64,000 nt of DNA from Candidatus Thorarchaeota archaeon (GCA_016839445.1 JAEOUG010000039.1:2933-66932), one strand, 5' to 3'. Shown: positions 19,813-30,027, numbered from the stretch's first letter. Numbers and translations: made by a program. Notes: generated by a model from the sequence alone, not told the origin.

Positions 19813-22713
19813 ATGCCGGCGCTACGTGGAACCTCACTTCGATACCTATGGGTTGTAATTGCCATAGTATTGCTTGGAACACCTTTGCCCATGCTAGTTG
19901 GGTCGACTTCAGGAGCAGACATCACTGCATCGCCGATGATCAGTGAGAGCCTCATGGCAGTACTGGGGAACTCGAGCCCAGATGATATCATTCCTGTAGT
20001 TGTGGAATTCAGCTCGGGACTTGGGCCAGACGAGATGGTGTCTGCACTGCAGAAGCTCGGAATCGACATCGAAATCAGACATGCATTCGAGATTATACCG
20101 ATGGTCTCTCTCTACGTGCGGGCCTCGGTTGCTAGAAGCCTTCTTGGGGCAAGAGCCGTCACCGGCGTAACGTACGACAGACCTCTGCAACTCCTAGATG
20201 AAGTGGATGCAAGCCTGGTTGTACTTGCGGAGAATGGCGACGGGTACGTTCACTTCACTGAACAGGTCGGCCTAGAGAATCTCTGGGCGGACGGATACAA
20301 CGGCTCCGGAGGAGTGATTGCCATTCTGGACACCGGCGTCTACGGGGATCACCCAGACCTGCAGGGAAAGCTGGTAGGATTCAAGGACTTCATCAACAAC
20401 TTGGATGATATGACACCGGGGGACGGAGTCACATCCTACGATGACAATGGGCACGGCACAGTGTGCGCATGGAACGCGGTTGGTACCGGAGCCTACAACG
20501 GGGGCAACTTCACAGGGGTTGCGCCAGAGGCCTCAGTCCTTGGAATCAAGATTCTGGACGGCGATGGAGCAGGCGAAGACTCAGTCATAGCACAGGGAAT
20601 CGAGTTCGCTATGAATGAGGGCGTGGACGTGATCAGCCTGAGCCTAGGAGGGCAATGGGTAGACCAGGTTGGAGTCGCAGAACCATCAGTCGCTGCCTGC
20701 AAAGCGGCGGTAGCAGCAGGTGTTGCAGTAGTTGCGGCTTCTGGAAACTCTGGTCCGGCAGCCTCATCCGTTAATTCTCCTGGTATTGTTGAAGAGGTCA
20801 TCACCGTTGGCTCCTCTGCAGGCATGACCGGCGTAGTGGCCTTCAGCAGCAATGGCCCCGTGTATAGGTCTATTCACGACCCGGTGGGATATGTGGCCAA
20901 GCCAGACATTGTCGCTCCGGGCTCGAATGTTGTATCGGGCCGAGGAAATATGGTCAGCCCACTGGAATACCCAGCCTATAACGTGAGCGAGTTCGGAAGT
21001 ACATACACACAATGGTCTGGAACATCCGCCTCGACTCCGATCATAGGTGGACTCATCCTCCTCCTTCTGCAAAAACACGGTACAAAGACTCCGCTGCAAA
21101 TCAAGACTGCCATGATGCAGTCTGCAACTGATCTTGAAGCAGATCCAATGGCTCAAGGATATGGGCTGGTCAATGTCACGAGGGCGTCAGAACTCCTGAC
21201 GGCAACAGACGACATCACTATCATGGCACCCATGAGACTCCCAACTCTCCCATGGAGTTCTCAGGTGCTGATCGTCGGGGACACGAGACCGCCGCAGAAC
21301 GTGACCATTATGTCGACACACTCCCTCGGGGCTGTAGAAATAGAAGTAACTGGAAACGCAAGCCAGTTCGTGACGTTGTCAAGAACATCCATGGTTGTGT
21401 CTGTAGGATACTCCTACTTCGGAGTGGCACTTGAGATTCCAGAGGACCCGCCGCTCTCAGTAGTCGGTTCATACTACGGGGCCATCGACCTTGTTCATGA
21501 CTCGACTACGATAGCCAGCATAGAGATCGAGTTCAGCGTCACGCTCTTTGGCGGCAGACTCATGACAGACATGGAGCACCACTCCTCAACTGACAAGGAC
21601 GACCCCTCATACTATGGCTACTTCACAGAATACCTTCGTGAGCGAGGCGTCGTACTCTCAGAGTTCGGTGGCTCAAGCCTTTCGAGCACCATGATAGATT
21701 TGACCACAATCTCTGCAGCGGACGTCTTCATGATAATGGACACGGAAACATACTACACTGATAGTGAAGTGGAGGCGCTCCACAGGTTCGTTGAGAACGG
21801 TGGAACACTACTAGTCCTCTCTGAGTTCTACGATTCCGCAACTCAGTCTGCATCTTACGCAATTGAGTCATACAACAGAATCCTTGAACCCTTTGGCATC
21901 CAATGTGAAGCCAGAGGAATAGGAGTGGGAGTAGATAACACCGGACTCGTCTACGGAGAGGACTCGCCTCTGGGCGGCGCTGTCGAAACAGACCCACTCA
22001 TGACAGACGTGTCCAACCTCTATATCCTCCAAGGCAGTACGCTAAGTGTGAACACATCAATGGCAAACGCCAGGGGTCTGTTCTGGCAGGACGATGCACG
22101 GACACATGCCATCGTGGCCACCGCGGAGTACGGAAACGGGAAGGTCTACGTCATATCAGACGGATCTACCCTCTATGATGACGTCCTCTACGATGCCATT
22201 AGATTCGGTGCCGACAATCTTCATCTTATCGAGAACCTTGCGGCTCAACTCGAATTCACTGCGCCAAGAATCTTTGATGTTCGGCTAGATGTGGAACGTA
22301 TAGGGGATCTTGCCAACGTGACAGCATACGTGTTTGATGACGACCTCGCGTCAGTGTCGCTTGAGGTCCTGTCGCCAGACGAAGTGAATATCACCGGCGA
22401 TGTCATGGAGACTTACGGATACAAGTACACGACGAACTTCACACTGGCGAGCGGAGGCTTCTACGCAATCAGGGTCATCGCCACAGATCTTGCCGGCAAC
22501 GTGAGGATTCTTCGAAAGACTGTGCTCGTAGCTGTTGATGCTGGTGATGACCTGGTCTTGCTGGCAATAACATACTCCCTCATCGGCATCATCGGCGTCA
22601 GCCTCGCATACGTTGGCTATCTGAAGTACTTCGCTGGCCGGAGGAGAGCGCCTAGGCGAGGACCGCCAAGCAAGGAAGAAGAATGGGAACTCCCTCCGCC
22701 GTCTATCGAATAG
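19813..22713 (+). CDS. Membrane-anchored S8 subtilisin-like serine protease (subtilase 2) with a DUF4350/GATase1-like module
   Basis: I prefer the start MPALRGTSLRYLWVVIAIVLLG (ATG 19813), which gives a signal peptide. It has an I9-like propeptide and the motifs AILDTGVYGDHPDL, HGTVCAW, ASGNSGP and SGTSASTP. The C-terminus has an Ig-like module, a TM helix and a basic tail. Confidence 0.92.
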   Translation: MPALRGTSLRYLWVVIAIVLLGTPLPMLVGSTSGADITASPMISESLMAVLGNSSPDDIIPVVVEFSSGLGPDEMVSALQKLGIDIEIRHAFEIIPMVSLYVRASVARSLLGARAVTGVTYDRPLQLLDEVDASLVVLAENGDGYVHFTEQVGLENLWADGYNGSGGVIAILDTGVYGDHPDLQGKLVGFKDFINNLDDMTPGDGVTSYDDNGHGTVCAWNAVGTGAYNGGNFTGVAPEASVLGIKILDGDGAGEDSVIAQGIEFAMNEGVDVISLSLGGQWVDQVGVAEPSVAACKAAVAAGVAVVAASGNSGPAASSVNSPGIVEEVITVGSSAGMTGVVAFSSNGPVYRSIHDPVGYVAKPDIVAPGSNVVSGRGNMVSPLEYPAYNVSEFGSTYTQWSGTSASTPIIGGLILLLLQKHGTKTPLQIKTAMMQSATDLEADPMAQGYGLVNVTRASELLTATDDITIMAPMRLPTLPWSSQVLIVGDTRPPQNVTIMSTHSLGAVEIEVTGNASQFVTLSRTSMVVSVGYSYFGVALEIPEDPPLSVVGSYYGAIDLVHDSTTIASIEIEFSVTLFGGRLMTDMEHHSSTDKDDPSYYGYFTEYLRERGVVLSEFGGSSLSSTMIDLTTISAADVFMIMDTETYYTDSEVEALHRFVENGGTLLVLSEFYDSATQSASYAIESYNRILEPFGIQCEARGIGVGVDNTGLVYGEDSPLGGAVETDPLMTDVSNLYILQGSTLSVNTSMANARGLFWQDDARTHAIVATAEYGNGKVYVISDGSTLYDDVLYDAIRFGADNLHLIENLAAQLEFTAPRIFDVRLDVERIGDLANVTAYVFDDDLASVSLEVLSPDEVNITGDVMETYGYKYTTNFTLASGGFYAIRVIATDLAGNVRILRKTVLVAVDAGDDLVLLAITYSLIGIIGVSLAYVGYLKYFAGRRRAPRRGPPSKEEEWELPPPSIE

Positions 22714-23983
22714 GACCAAAGGTATTCTCAAGGTGTTCCTTAAGCCTCTCGTGACGGGGCTTCAAGAGGGGCTTCTCCTTCAGCACAGCTCCCGTTTCCA
22801 CTCTCTCGAGAATCTCGTAGCCCAGTCTAGCACCCATTCGTGGCGCGATGACTTGACCCCCAATGAGTCTGCCCTTCTGGTCTACGACAAGTGCAGCCTT
22901 CGTGAATTCCGTGGGATCTTCGAAGTACTGAACCGTTGAGTCGATACCGACACTCTTTGAGGTTGTTGACGAGTGACCCACGCACACAATGTCTGTATCG
23001 AAGATTCGGTCATATTGCAGACGCAGCATGGTGTCCCCGTACACCTTCTTGCCACCCACTGAAGAGACTCCAGCCTGTCTTCCAGCTCTTGCCGCAACGC
23101 TGCCAACTGGAAGGAGCATAGGCTTCCCTGACAGTGGGTCAGCCATTTCCACACAATCGCCAACAGCGTATATGTCAGGGTCTGAAGTCTGCATAGTCTC
23201 GTTCACGCTAACGCCGCCAAGAGACCCGATCTCAAGTCCCAGGCTTTCTGCAAGCTCAGTGTTCGGAGCGACTCCAGTCATGAACAGCACGGCATCCACT
23301 TCTAGTCGCTCTCCGTTCACAAGAATCGCTTCGACCTTACTGGCACCTTCTATGGAATCGGGACTCGACTCAGCATGTATGTGAATGGATCTTGGAACTC
23401 GAGCCCGCAACTCACTGCTCATTGGCTCTTCCAGTTGACGTCGCATGAAACGAGAACGTACAATCATGTGTACCTCTTTTCCGAGATGCATTAGACGTTC
23501 TGCAGTCTCAAGACCACTGAACCCGGCTCCAACCACAGCAATCTTGCTCATTCCATCCAGCTTCTTTCCTATCTCACTGGTATCAGACATGTCCTGGATT
23601 GTGAAGACGCCGGGCAATGTTGAACCTGGAATCTTCGGAACCTTGGGAACGCCTCCCGTGGCCAGAATGAGCTTGTCATACTTGAGCGTCTTCTTACCCT
23701 TGGGGCCCTCAATCTTCACGGTCTTGGATTCCCTGTCGATTCCCGTCACGGTCGTCCCCAAGAGGACATCTACTCTCTTCTTCCTCAGCGCTTCGGGAGA
23801 CCAATCAGCGATTCGAAGGGCTTCAGTATCAGGGAATTCAAGTGCCATAGAAGCACCGGGCTTCTGGTGCGCATCTCTTGTCTCTTCTGTGACTACTGTG
23901 ACATCAGCCTTGGGGCTGAACATCCTTGCTGCAAGTGCTGCTGCAGCTCCTCCGGGACCATATCCTACAACGACGACCTTCAT
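22703..23983 (-). CDS. FAD/NAD(P)-dependent pyridine nucleotide-disulfide oxidoreductase family protein
   Basis: Two Rossmann motifs, VVVVGYGPGGAAAA and IAVVGAGFSGLE, plus YAVGDC. I prefer ATG 23983 (MKVVVVG), which overlaps the subtilase 3 stop as ATGA. Confidence 0.85.
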   Translation of the reverse strand: MKVVVVGYGPGGAAAALAARMFSPKADVTVVTEETRDAHQKPGASMALEFPDTEALRIADWSPEALRKKRVDVLLGTTVTGIDRESKTVKIEGPKGKKTLKYDKLILATGGVPKVPKIPGSTLPGVFTIQDMSDTSEIGKKLDGMSKIAVVGAGFSGLETAERLMHLGKEVHMIVRSRFMRRQLEEPMSSELRARVPRSIHIHAESSPDSIEGASKVEAILVNGERLEVDAVLFMTGVAPNTELAESLGLEIGSLGGVSVNETMQTSDPDIYAVGDCVEMADPLSGKPMLLPVGSVAARAGRQAGVSSVGGKKVYGDTMLRLQYDRIFDTDIVCVGHSSTTSKSVGIDSTVQYFEDPTEFTKAALVVDQKGRLIGGQVIAPRMGARLGYEILERVETGAVLKEKPLLKPRHERLKEHLENTFGPIR

Positions 23984-26900
23984 TCCTTGGATCCACCTCG
24001 GTATGTCCATACTACTGCCAGCGCCACGACTGCTCCAATGCCAATGATTCCGAGTAGCACCAGTCCAGCGTCTTGTACAACAGTTAGCGTTGCGAAGAGC
24101 ATCTGAGCCATTGGCACCGACCTGCCTATAGCAATTGCGAAAACATCGTATTCACCCTGAGAGAATCCTGATGGACGGATCTCGAAGTCGTAGTTCCCGT
24201 CATTGCTTGTCAGTGTGTAGTTCCGCCAGAGTCCAGTTGTGCGATGATGAAATGCCACGTAGACCTCCTCAGCCAGATTGTATCCGTCAAGGGTGAAGTG
24301 CCCCGTGATGACCTGTGATGACAGAAGTCCTACTGAAACAACATCGTTATCGAGGAAGCCCCTGATGAACCTCATCTCGAATCCCACAAGGGACACAAGG
24401 GGTACAAGGGGAAGCACGCCCACATCGTTCTCAGAGGTCACATTGCCCAGAAGGCTGTTCGCATACTCTGAGTCCACGTATTGAGGATCTACGGAGAGAA
24501 CTGTCTGGTCAGAACCAGAGGCGCTGGCATAGTCGAGGACCCTCAATGGCCCGTCCACAATGCGCCATGCAATTGACCTCTCGTCCACGGCGCTGTCGAT
24601 GTCACATGTTGCCAAGGTAATGTTAAGATCCTCCAAGTCGCCACTGAAGATGACATTGGTGAAGATAGGCCTGAAGTAGTCAGGTATCTCTGTTGGATCT
24701 GTGGTGTCCACATCCGAGTGTGTCGCATTGTAGGTCGTGATGACTACAGAGCCCCTCACCCCAGGCTCAATGCCGGAGAGGCGAATGAAGACGGAGGCGG
24801 ACTCGGCCCACCAATCTGCGGGGACTGCGGAGGATTGGTAGTCAGTGCCTGACCACTCCTGAACAGCAATACTGCCTCCTGTAATGTTGACCAGGAGGTC
24901 AGCCCCGTCTACTCCTGTGAGAGAGTCATTGTCGAGGTTCCATTCGACCGATAGACCGTTTGTCCCGCTGAGGTCAGGTGTGCCGTCGAATGTGATCGAG
25001 AAGCCAACAGAGTCCTGATGGAACAACGTCTTGACAGAGAGCAGGTCGAGCTCATCTGGAATGGAGGTGTCGTCCGGGTCATCACTTAGCTCAGGAACAC
25101 CTGACCATTCGGGTGAAGATGAACCGGTGTCTAACGATGCATTCAACAGATGCATGACGGAAAACAGGGAGTCGCAAAGCCCGTGACCCCAAGAAGAAGA
25201 GGGGCTATCCCAATGCGAATCTGTCCCTCCTGCACCAGCCAGCAGGGCCGAGTATGCAGGCCAGGAGTTCTCGCCGTCGGTGGTCTGAAGGAGGAGCGCA
25301 ACCACTCCAGCAATGTGGGGAGATGCCATGCTTGTGCCGCTCTTTGGAGTCCACAGACTGTACCCAACTTGATAGAACCTGTAGTACGCGGCATAGATGT
25401 TCGACCCAGGAGCTGCTATGGACGGTTTCGGCACGCCGTCAACCCGAGGACCCTGACTAGAAGATGCCAGGATCTCTGACCCAGCCTCCGAGTACGCAGC
25501 CACTGTGACTGCTAAGTCTGCAGTTCCTGGAGAGCTGATCGTATGCCCATAGTCCACATCGCTGGCCGCGGTCAGATAAGTTGTAGACCAGTCGCCGTCC
25601 CATGTGAACACATCGACCAAAGTCGGGTCCCCTGAGGGGTTATGGAGCCACACGCCCCAGACCCCGTTGTCCCAGAAGTGAGATGCAATCTGCACTTGGA
25701 TGATGATATTGTTGAGACCACGCATGCTTACCTCAGCGAAAACGTAAGCGGACAAGTGATCGGTGTTCAGAGCCCACGCTTTACCCGCCAAGTTGGAGAA
25801 CTCGCCGAGGTCTATGGGATCACCGGAAGGTGGATTGAGGATCACGTGCTCATCTCGGTCATCGGAGTGCCATAGGATACTGACGTATGAGTAGTCAGGA
25901 GGGTTACTTACAGACACACTTGAACTGTCAGAGCCACCTGATGGCACTGAGAATCGCGAGTGCTTCTGCTTGTTGCCTAGGTTTCCTGCAGCAGCGACCG
26001 ATACAATGCCATGCTCAAGAAACGCCTCGTTCACAGCCAAGTCCTCGAGGTCAGTGCCATCCAAGAAACCGAGATACGAGGAGAATGAGAGATTGATGAC
26101 GTCAGCCTCATTCTCAACAGCGAAACTGATTCCGTCGATTATAGCCGCGGATGACAGGGGGCTCCGGATTATGATGAGGTCTGCGCCGGGAGCGGCTCCC
26201 ACGAAGCGTGTGAAGCCAGGCTGTCCACCGGCAACCGTGGATGCCACATGGGTACCGTGACCGTTGGTGTCTCCAACTCCTGTATACGAGGTCAGATTGA
26301 CATCGCGGAAGTACACCAGGTCTGTGATCTGATCATAGAAGACTGCTATCTTTGAGATGTTGAGCATCATTGCAGGTTCGTCTGTCAAGAGAATCTGGTT
26401 GTCATCATCCTCGTCGACTCCTACAATCCATCTGTCACCCTGGGAGTAGTCGAAGGTGTCAGACCCGTCGACATCGAGATACATGTAGTCGGATCCGTAG
26501 CTGATGAGGGGGCCAGACTGTCCACCCTGCGTCCTGATGGGGCCTTCGTTCGTGTCCGCTATCATGTCACCGTCTAGATCCAGGTAGAAGTCAGGCCCAG
26601 ACTGGATAATGTCAAACTCAACAGGGAATTGCCGCCAGAAACTCGGATGACCCCATGCGGCGCCAGTATCGATTACTGCTACTGTCACACCGCTACCATT
26701 GATTGACTGACCGTCAACCAGTAGATTCTCCCAGACATCATCGGCCTTGATTGCAGGAACTGAGGATGTGAGAGAGGGAACATACTGCTTGCTTCCAGAT
26801 GTCGCTCTTAGTAAGCCCATCTCGGAGAGCGAACTGAGGCAATCTACATCCCTGACTATCGCAGAATAGATGCGACCAACAGAAACAACGGAAGAGCCTC

Positions 26901-27159
26901 TGCGGGCAAATCGTAACCCCAGTGACTCTGCGCGCAGTATCTCATCCTGTGTCAAGATTCGTTCAAACTCAAGGAGAGCTGGAACTCCGTCCGTATCCTC
27001 AGACACCACTTCGTGAGCGTCAATCTCATTACGTAGCCGCGACTCGATGATAGGCAAGTCAAGCGTAAACACGTGTTGAGACTCTGGTGTAGCGACGGGG
27101 CTAGGAGTCAGGAAAACGGCGCTAATCAGAATCAGTAGGACGAGGCTTCTCTTGAACAT
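23980..27159 (-). CDS. Membrane-anchored S8 subtilisin-like serine protease (subtilase 3)
   Basis: 1059 aa with a signal peptide, an I9-like propeptide, and VAVIDTGAAWGHPSF (D164), HGTHVASTVAGG (H301), AAGNLG and SGTSMASPHIAG. It ends in a C-terminal TM helix. Confidence 0.93.
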   Translation of the reverse strand: MFKRSLVLLILISAVFLTPSPVATPESQHVFTLDLPIIESRLRNEIDAHEVVSEDTDGVPALLEFERILTQDEILRAESLGLRFARRGSSVVSVGRIYSAIVRDVDCLSSLSEMGLLRATSGSKQYVPSLTSSVPAIKADDVWENLLVDGQSINGSGVTVAVIDTGAAWGHPSFWRQFPVEFDIIQSGPDFYLDLDGDMIADTNEGPIRTQGGQSGPLISYGSDYMYLDVDGSDTFDYSQGDRWIVGVDEDDDNQILLTDEPAMMLNISKIAVFYDQITDLVYFRDVNLTSYTGVGDTNGHGTHVASTVAGGQPGFTRFVGAAPGADLIIIRSPLSSAAIIDGISFAVENEADVINLSFSSYLGFLDGTDLEDLAVNEAFLEHGIVSVAAAGNLGNKQKHSRFSVPSGGSDSSSVSVSNPPDYSYVSILWHSDDRDEHVILNPPSGDPIDLGEFSNLAGKAWALNTDHLSAYVFAEVSMRGLNNIIIQVQIASHFWDNGVWGVWLHNPSGDPTLVDVFTWDGDWSTTYLTAASDVDYGHTISSPGTADLAVTVAAYSEAGSEILASSSQGPRVDGVPKPSIAAPGSNIYAAYYRFYQVGYSLWTPKSGTSMASPHIAGVVALLLQTTDGENSWPAYSALLAGAGGTDSHWDSPSSSWGHGLCDSLFSVMHLLNASLDTGSSSPEWSGVPELSDDPDDTSIPDELDLLSVKTLFHQDSVGFSITFDGTPDLSGTNGLSVEWNLDNDSLTGVDGADLLVNITGGSIAVQEWSGTDYQSSAVPADWWAESASVFIRLSGIEPGVRGSVVITTYNATHSDVDTTDPTEIPDYFRPIFTNVIFSGDLEDLNITLATCDIDSAVDERSIAWRIVDGPLRVLDYASASGSDQTVLSVDPQYVDSEYANSLLGNVTSENDVGVLPLVPLVSLVGFEMRFIRGFLDNDVVSVGLLSSQVITGHFTLDGYNLAEEVYVAFHHRTTGLWRNYTLTSNDGNYDFEIRPSGFSQGEYDVFAIAIGRSVPMAQMLFATLTVVQDAGLVLLGIIGIGAVVALAVVWTYRGGSKE

Positions 27160-27267
27160 CGGTTACCCTCTGTGATGACTCTCTGCCATCCCTCTCTTCG
27201 CGCACATATGCTTTTCCTTGGAAGCTTAAGGACTGGACTCGAGGAGCCCAGTCCCAGCATGTGCTAC

Positions 27268-28629
27268 TTACTCACGAGCGATGATGTCAACATCCTTCGC
27301 CACAATCTCAGGGGCGGTCCATGTGACCATCCTGTGAGGAACCTTTGCGACTTCAACGATATTCTTCAACAGGTCGAAGATGTTGCCTGATACCATCAGG
27401 CCGGCGACTGCTCCGACGAGTTCGCCATTCTCGATGAGATAGGCAGGATTCCCAACGATGCTGAAGTCTCCAGACTCAGGGTTCGAGCTATGTGCGCCTT
27501 GCACGCTCTCAATGAAGTAGCCGTGGTCAATCCCAGAGATAATCTCCTCGACTGTCCTCTTGCCAGGCTGCACCATGAGATTCGTCGGCCGAATCTCAAC
27601 AAGCCCCTGCCGCATGTTCCGTTGAGCATTCCCGGTGCTCTTCACGCCCATCTTGTTGGCCCAGTAGGTGTCCCAGAGAAATGACCTCAGCACACCGTCT
27701 TCGATGATTGGTGTTCTTTGTCTAGGAACGCCTTCGTCGTCTGCCTGTGTTGTGTTGAGCCCGTCCTCGTAGGTTCCGTCGTCAACGAGAGTGAAGTGGG
27801 GGACAGCGATCTGTTCTCCAATCTTGTCGCCTATTCTGGACTTGCCTCGAGCGACGTTATCACCACGAGCTGCTTCGAGGAAAGTGTACTGCATAATCTG
27901 GGAGTATGCGCCGGGGTGGAATATCACAGTGTGCTTCCCTGTCCTTCCCTCTGCAGACTTCTTGCAGAGGCGAATGCTCTTGGCAATCTCTGCAACCGTC
28001 TTCTCTGTATCGAATCCCAGATCTCGCTTGACATCGTAGGCGACTGTCATCGGAGTCATGCCAGTCTCAGTCTGTGCCACAGCGACGCCGACAACATAAG
28101 CAGCAGTTCCCCGTTCTGAATGAGCAATCCCATTGCTGTTGGCATACGCGCTGAGGTGCCAGACCGCGGCGGACCCACCGCCAACCACCATGAGGCCTTC
28201 TTCAGCAGCTGATGCCTTCTGGATGAGAACTCCGGTGGTCTTCACGACTTCTCCCGGGTCTGTCTTCACTACCTCGTCGTGCCATAGTCCTTTCATCTCA
28301 GGATAGACGGCTGGAAGGGGAAGTGAAACGAAATCCTCGTCTGCCGTAGTGGCTTTCGCGGCGTTCACAGCGAGTCCCACTGCCTCCTCTGCCGACTCCT
28401 TCGTTGCGATATTCGTGAATGCGCACCCCATCTTCTTGCCCACGAAGACACGAATGGCAATGCTGGTGCTGATGCCCTGATTCACACTGGAGATTTCGGC
28501 GAGCTCGATGTCAGACTCCAGCTCCGATTCGGCCCTAGCCAAGACCTCGGCATGTGTTGCTCCGGTGCTCTTGGCCTTCTCTACTATGAATTTGCAGAGA
28601 TCCAATAGTTCTTTCTCTTCAATCATCAT
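27268..28629 (-). CDS. pmbA: PmbA/TldE-like subunit of the TldD/PmbA metalloprotease
   Basis: 453 aa of the TldD/PmbA fold without HExxxH. It sits immediately downstream of tldD with a 9-nt gap. Confidence 0.8.
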   Translation of the reverse strand: MMIEEKELLDLCKFIVEKAKSTGATHAEVLARAESELESDIELAEISSVNQGISTSIAIRVFVGKKMGCAFTNIATKESAEEAVGLAVNAAKATTADEDFVSLPLPAVYPEMKGLWHDEVVKTDPGEVVKTTGVLIQKASAAEEGLMVVGGGSAAVWHLSAYANSNGIAHSERGTAAYVVGVAVAQTETGMTPMTVAYDVKRDLGFDTEKTVAEIAKSIRLCKKSAEGRTGKHTVIFHPGAYSQIMQYTFLEAARGDNVARGKSRIGDKIGEQIAVPHFTLVDDGTYEDGLNTTQADDEGVPRQRTPIIEDGVLRSFLWDTYWANKMGVKSTGNAQRNMRQGLVEIRPTNLMVQPGKRTVEEIISGIDHGYFIESVQGAHSSNPESGDFSIVGNPAYLIENGELVGAVAGLMVSGNIFDLLKNIVEVAKVPHRMVTWTAPEIVAKDVDIIARE

Positions 28630-28638
28630 TTGAACCTC

Positions 28639-30027
28639 CTAGCTCCTACCTCCAAAGGTGATGCCACCCTTGCCAAATCGAATAGATGGACCACCGGATG
28701 AAACAAAGGCTTCCTGACCTTTGCCACACCTGCCCATCTCGTACTCAATCGGTCCCTTGGACAGACCCTCTATCTTGAACAATGAATCCGTCGCGATTCC
28801 AGAGATTGAGAGGTCAGTGACTGGACTGCCAATCTCGCCATCAACAATCTCGTACGCCTCCTGGATACCTACCTGAAAACTGGCGTTGGTCTGGGCTTGC
28901 CCACCACGAAAGTCAACACAGTAGTAACCGAAGTCAATACCCTTGAACAGCTCATCGTGATTCCAGTCACCAGGCTCAAAGACCGTGTTCCTCATCCTGA
29001 TGATTGGTCGAAACCTGTAGCTCTCTGCTCTCGCGTTTCCGGTCAGAGGGAGCTCCAGCTTTGCGGAGTACTCTCTGTTCGATAGGAGACCAGTAAGTAC
29101 TGAGTCCTTGATGATCTCGACGCGGGTTGCCCGAATACCCTCATCATCAAACTTCGAGGTCCCGAGGTTGCCCGGAGTGGTTCCGTCATCTGTCATCGAT
29201 ACGCCTTCAGCAGCAACTGTTTCATTTAGTTTGCCACCAAACGCCGAGTTAACAGTCAAGTCTGCCTCAGACAGATGACCTAGTGCCTCATGAGCCAAGA
29301 CTCCGACAACGCGGGGACCTAGAACGCATGGAAACTGGCCTGCCTTCGCTGAAACACCTTCCAGCTGAAGCTTTGCACGTCTGGCAGCAGACTCTCCAAC
29401 GAACTTCGGCGTAGCAACCTTCTCAAGATACTCCCATCCTTCGTGGGCCGATGCTTCCTCATACCTTGCTGCACTAAGCCTTGTACCTTCCTTAGCAGTC
29501 ACCCAGGGATAGGACCAGACCAGAAGAAGAGGAGAAACTATCCTCGTTCCTTCAGATGTCGCTAGGTACTTCGTACCGGAAGCAGTACGAATCTTAACAG
29601 TGACGGCGGAGATTCTCTCGTCATAGTCGCGAATGACCTTGGTCATGTCTTTCATGTACTGAATCTTCTCTTCGATGGGCACATTTCGAGGGTCCTTCTT
29701 AGGGCTCGCCTTGATGACCTCCTTGTGTGCCTTTGCCTCGGCCAGGGTGATCGGCTCCCTCCGAGTCTTAGCGGCTGCTCTGGCAACAGATACCGCGTTC
29801 GCTACGGCTTCTTCCAGGGAGTCCAAGTCACCCGTAGACACGAATCCCCAGGCTCCATCGGCAAGAACTCGTATTGCTACACCACGTTCGAGCCGCTGAG
29901 TGAGTGCTGTGACATTGGAGTCGTCCATCTGTATGTACTCGATGAATCCGTCCTCACCTCTAGCCTCGACATAAGAGGCTCCAAGGGTCCGCCCCGACTC
30001 AACGGCTTTCTCAAGAATATCTAACAA
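28639..30027 (-). CDS. tldD: TldD metalloprotease
   Basis: Contains the VLAHEALGHLSEAD metal site. Family-like sequence begins at (M)LDILEKAVESGRTLGASYVEAR. I therefore propose TTG 30027 as the start, with GAGG 11 nt upstream. The longest ORF (to 30315) adds about 95 Ser/Pro/Leu-rich residues and overlaps the next gene. Confidence 0.8.
   Translation of the reverse strand: MLDILEKAVESGRTLGASYVEARGEDGFIEYIQMDDSNVTALTQRLERGVAIRVLADGAWGFVSTGDLDSLEEAVANAVSVARAAAKTRREPITLAEAKAHKEVIKASPKKDPRNVPIEEKIQYMKDMTKVIRDYDERISAVTVKIRTASGTKYLATSEGTRIVSPLLLVWSYPWVTAKEGTRLSAARYEEASAHEGWEYLEKVATPKFVGESAARRAKLQLEGVSAKAGQFPCVLGPRVVGVLAHEALGHLSEADLTVNSAFGGKLNETVAAEGVSMTDDGTTPGNLGTSKFDDEGIRATRVEIIKDSVLTGLLSNREYSAKLELPLTGNARAESYRFRPIIRMRNTVFEPGDWNHDELFKGIDFGYYCVDFRGGQAQTNASFQVGIQEAYEIVDGEIGSPVTDLSISGIATDSLFKIEGLSKGPIEYEMGRCGKGQEAFVSSGGPSIRFGKGGITFGGRS

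Noticed and set aside
27230-27254. A hairpin GGACTGG-N11-CCAGTCC between pmbA and subtilase 3.
   Set aside because: The stem is 7 bp with an 11-nt loop, and no T-tract follows on the transcribed strand. It cannot be distinguished from chance, so I do not call it a terminator.
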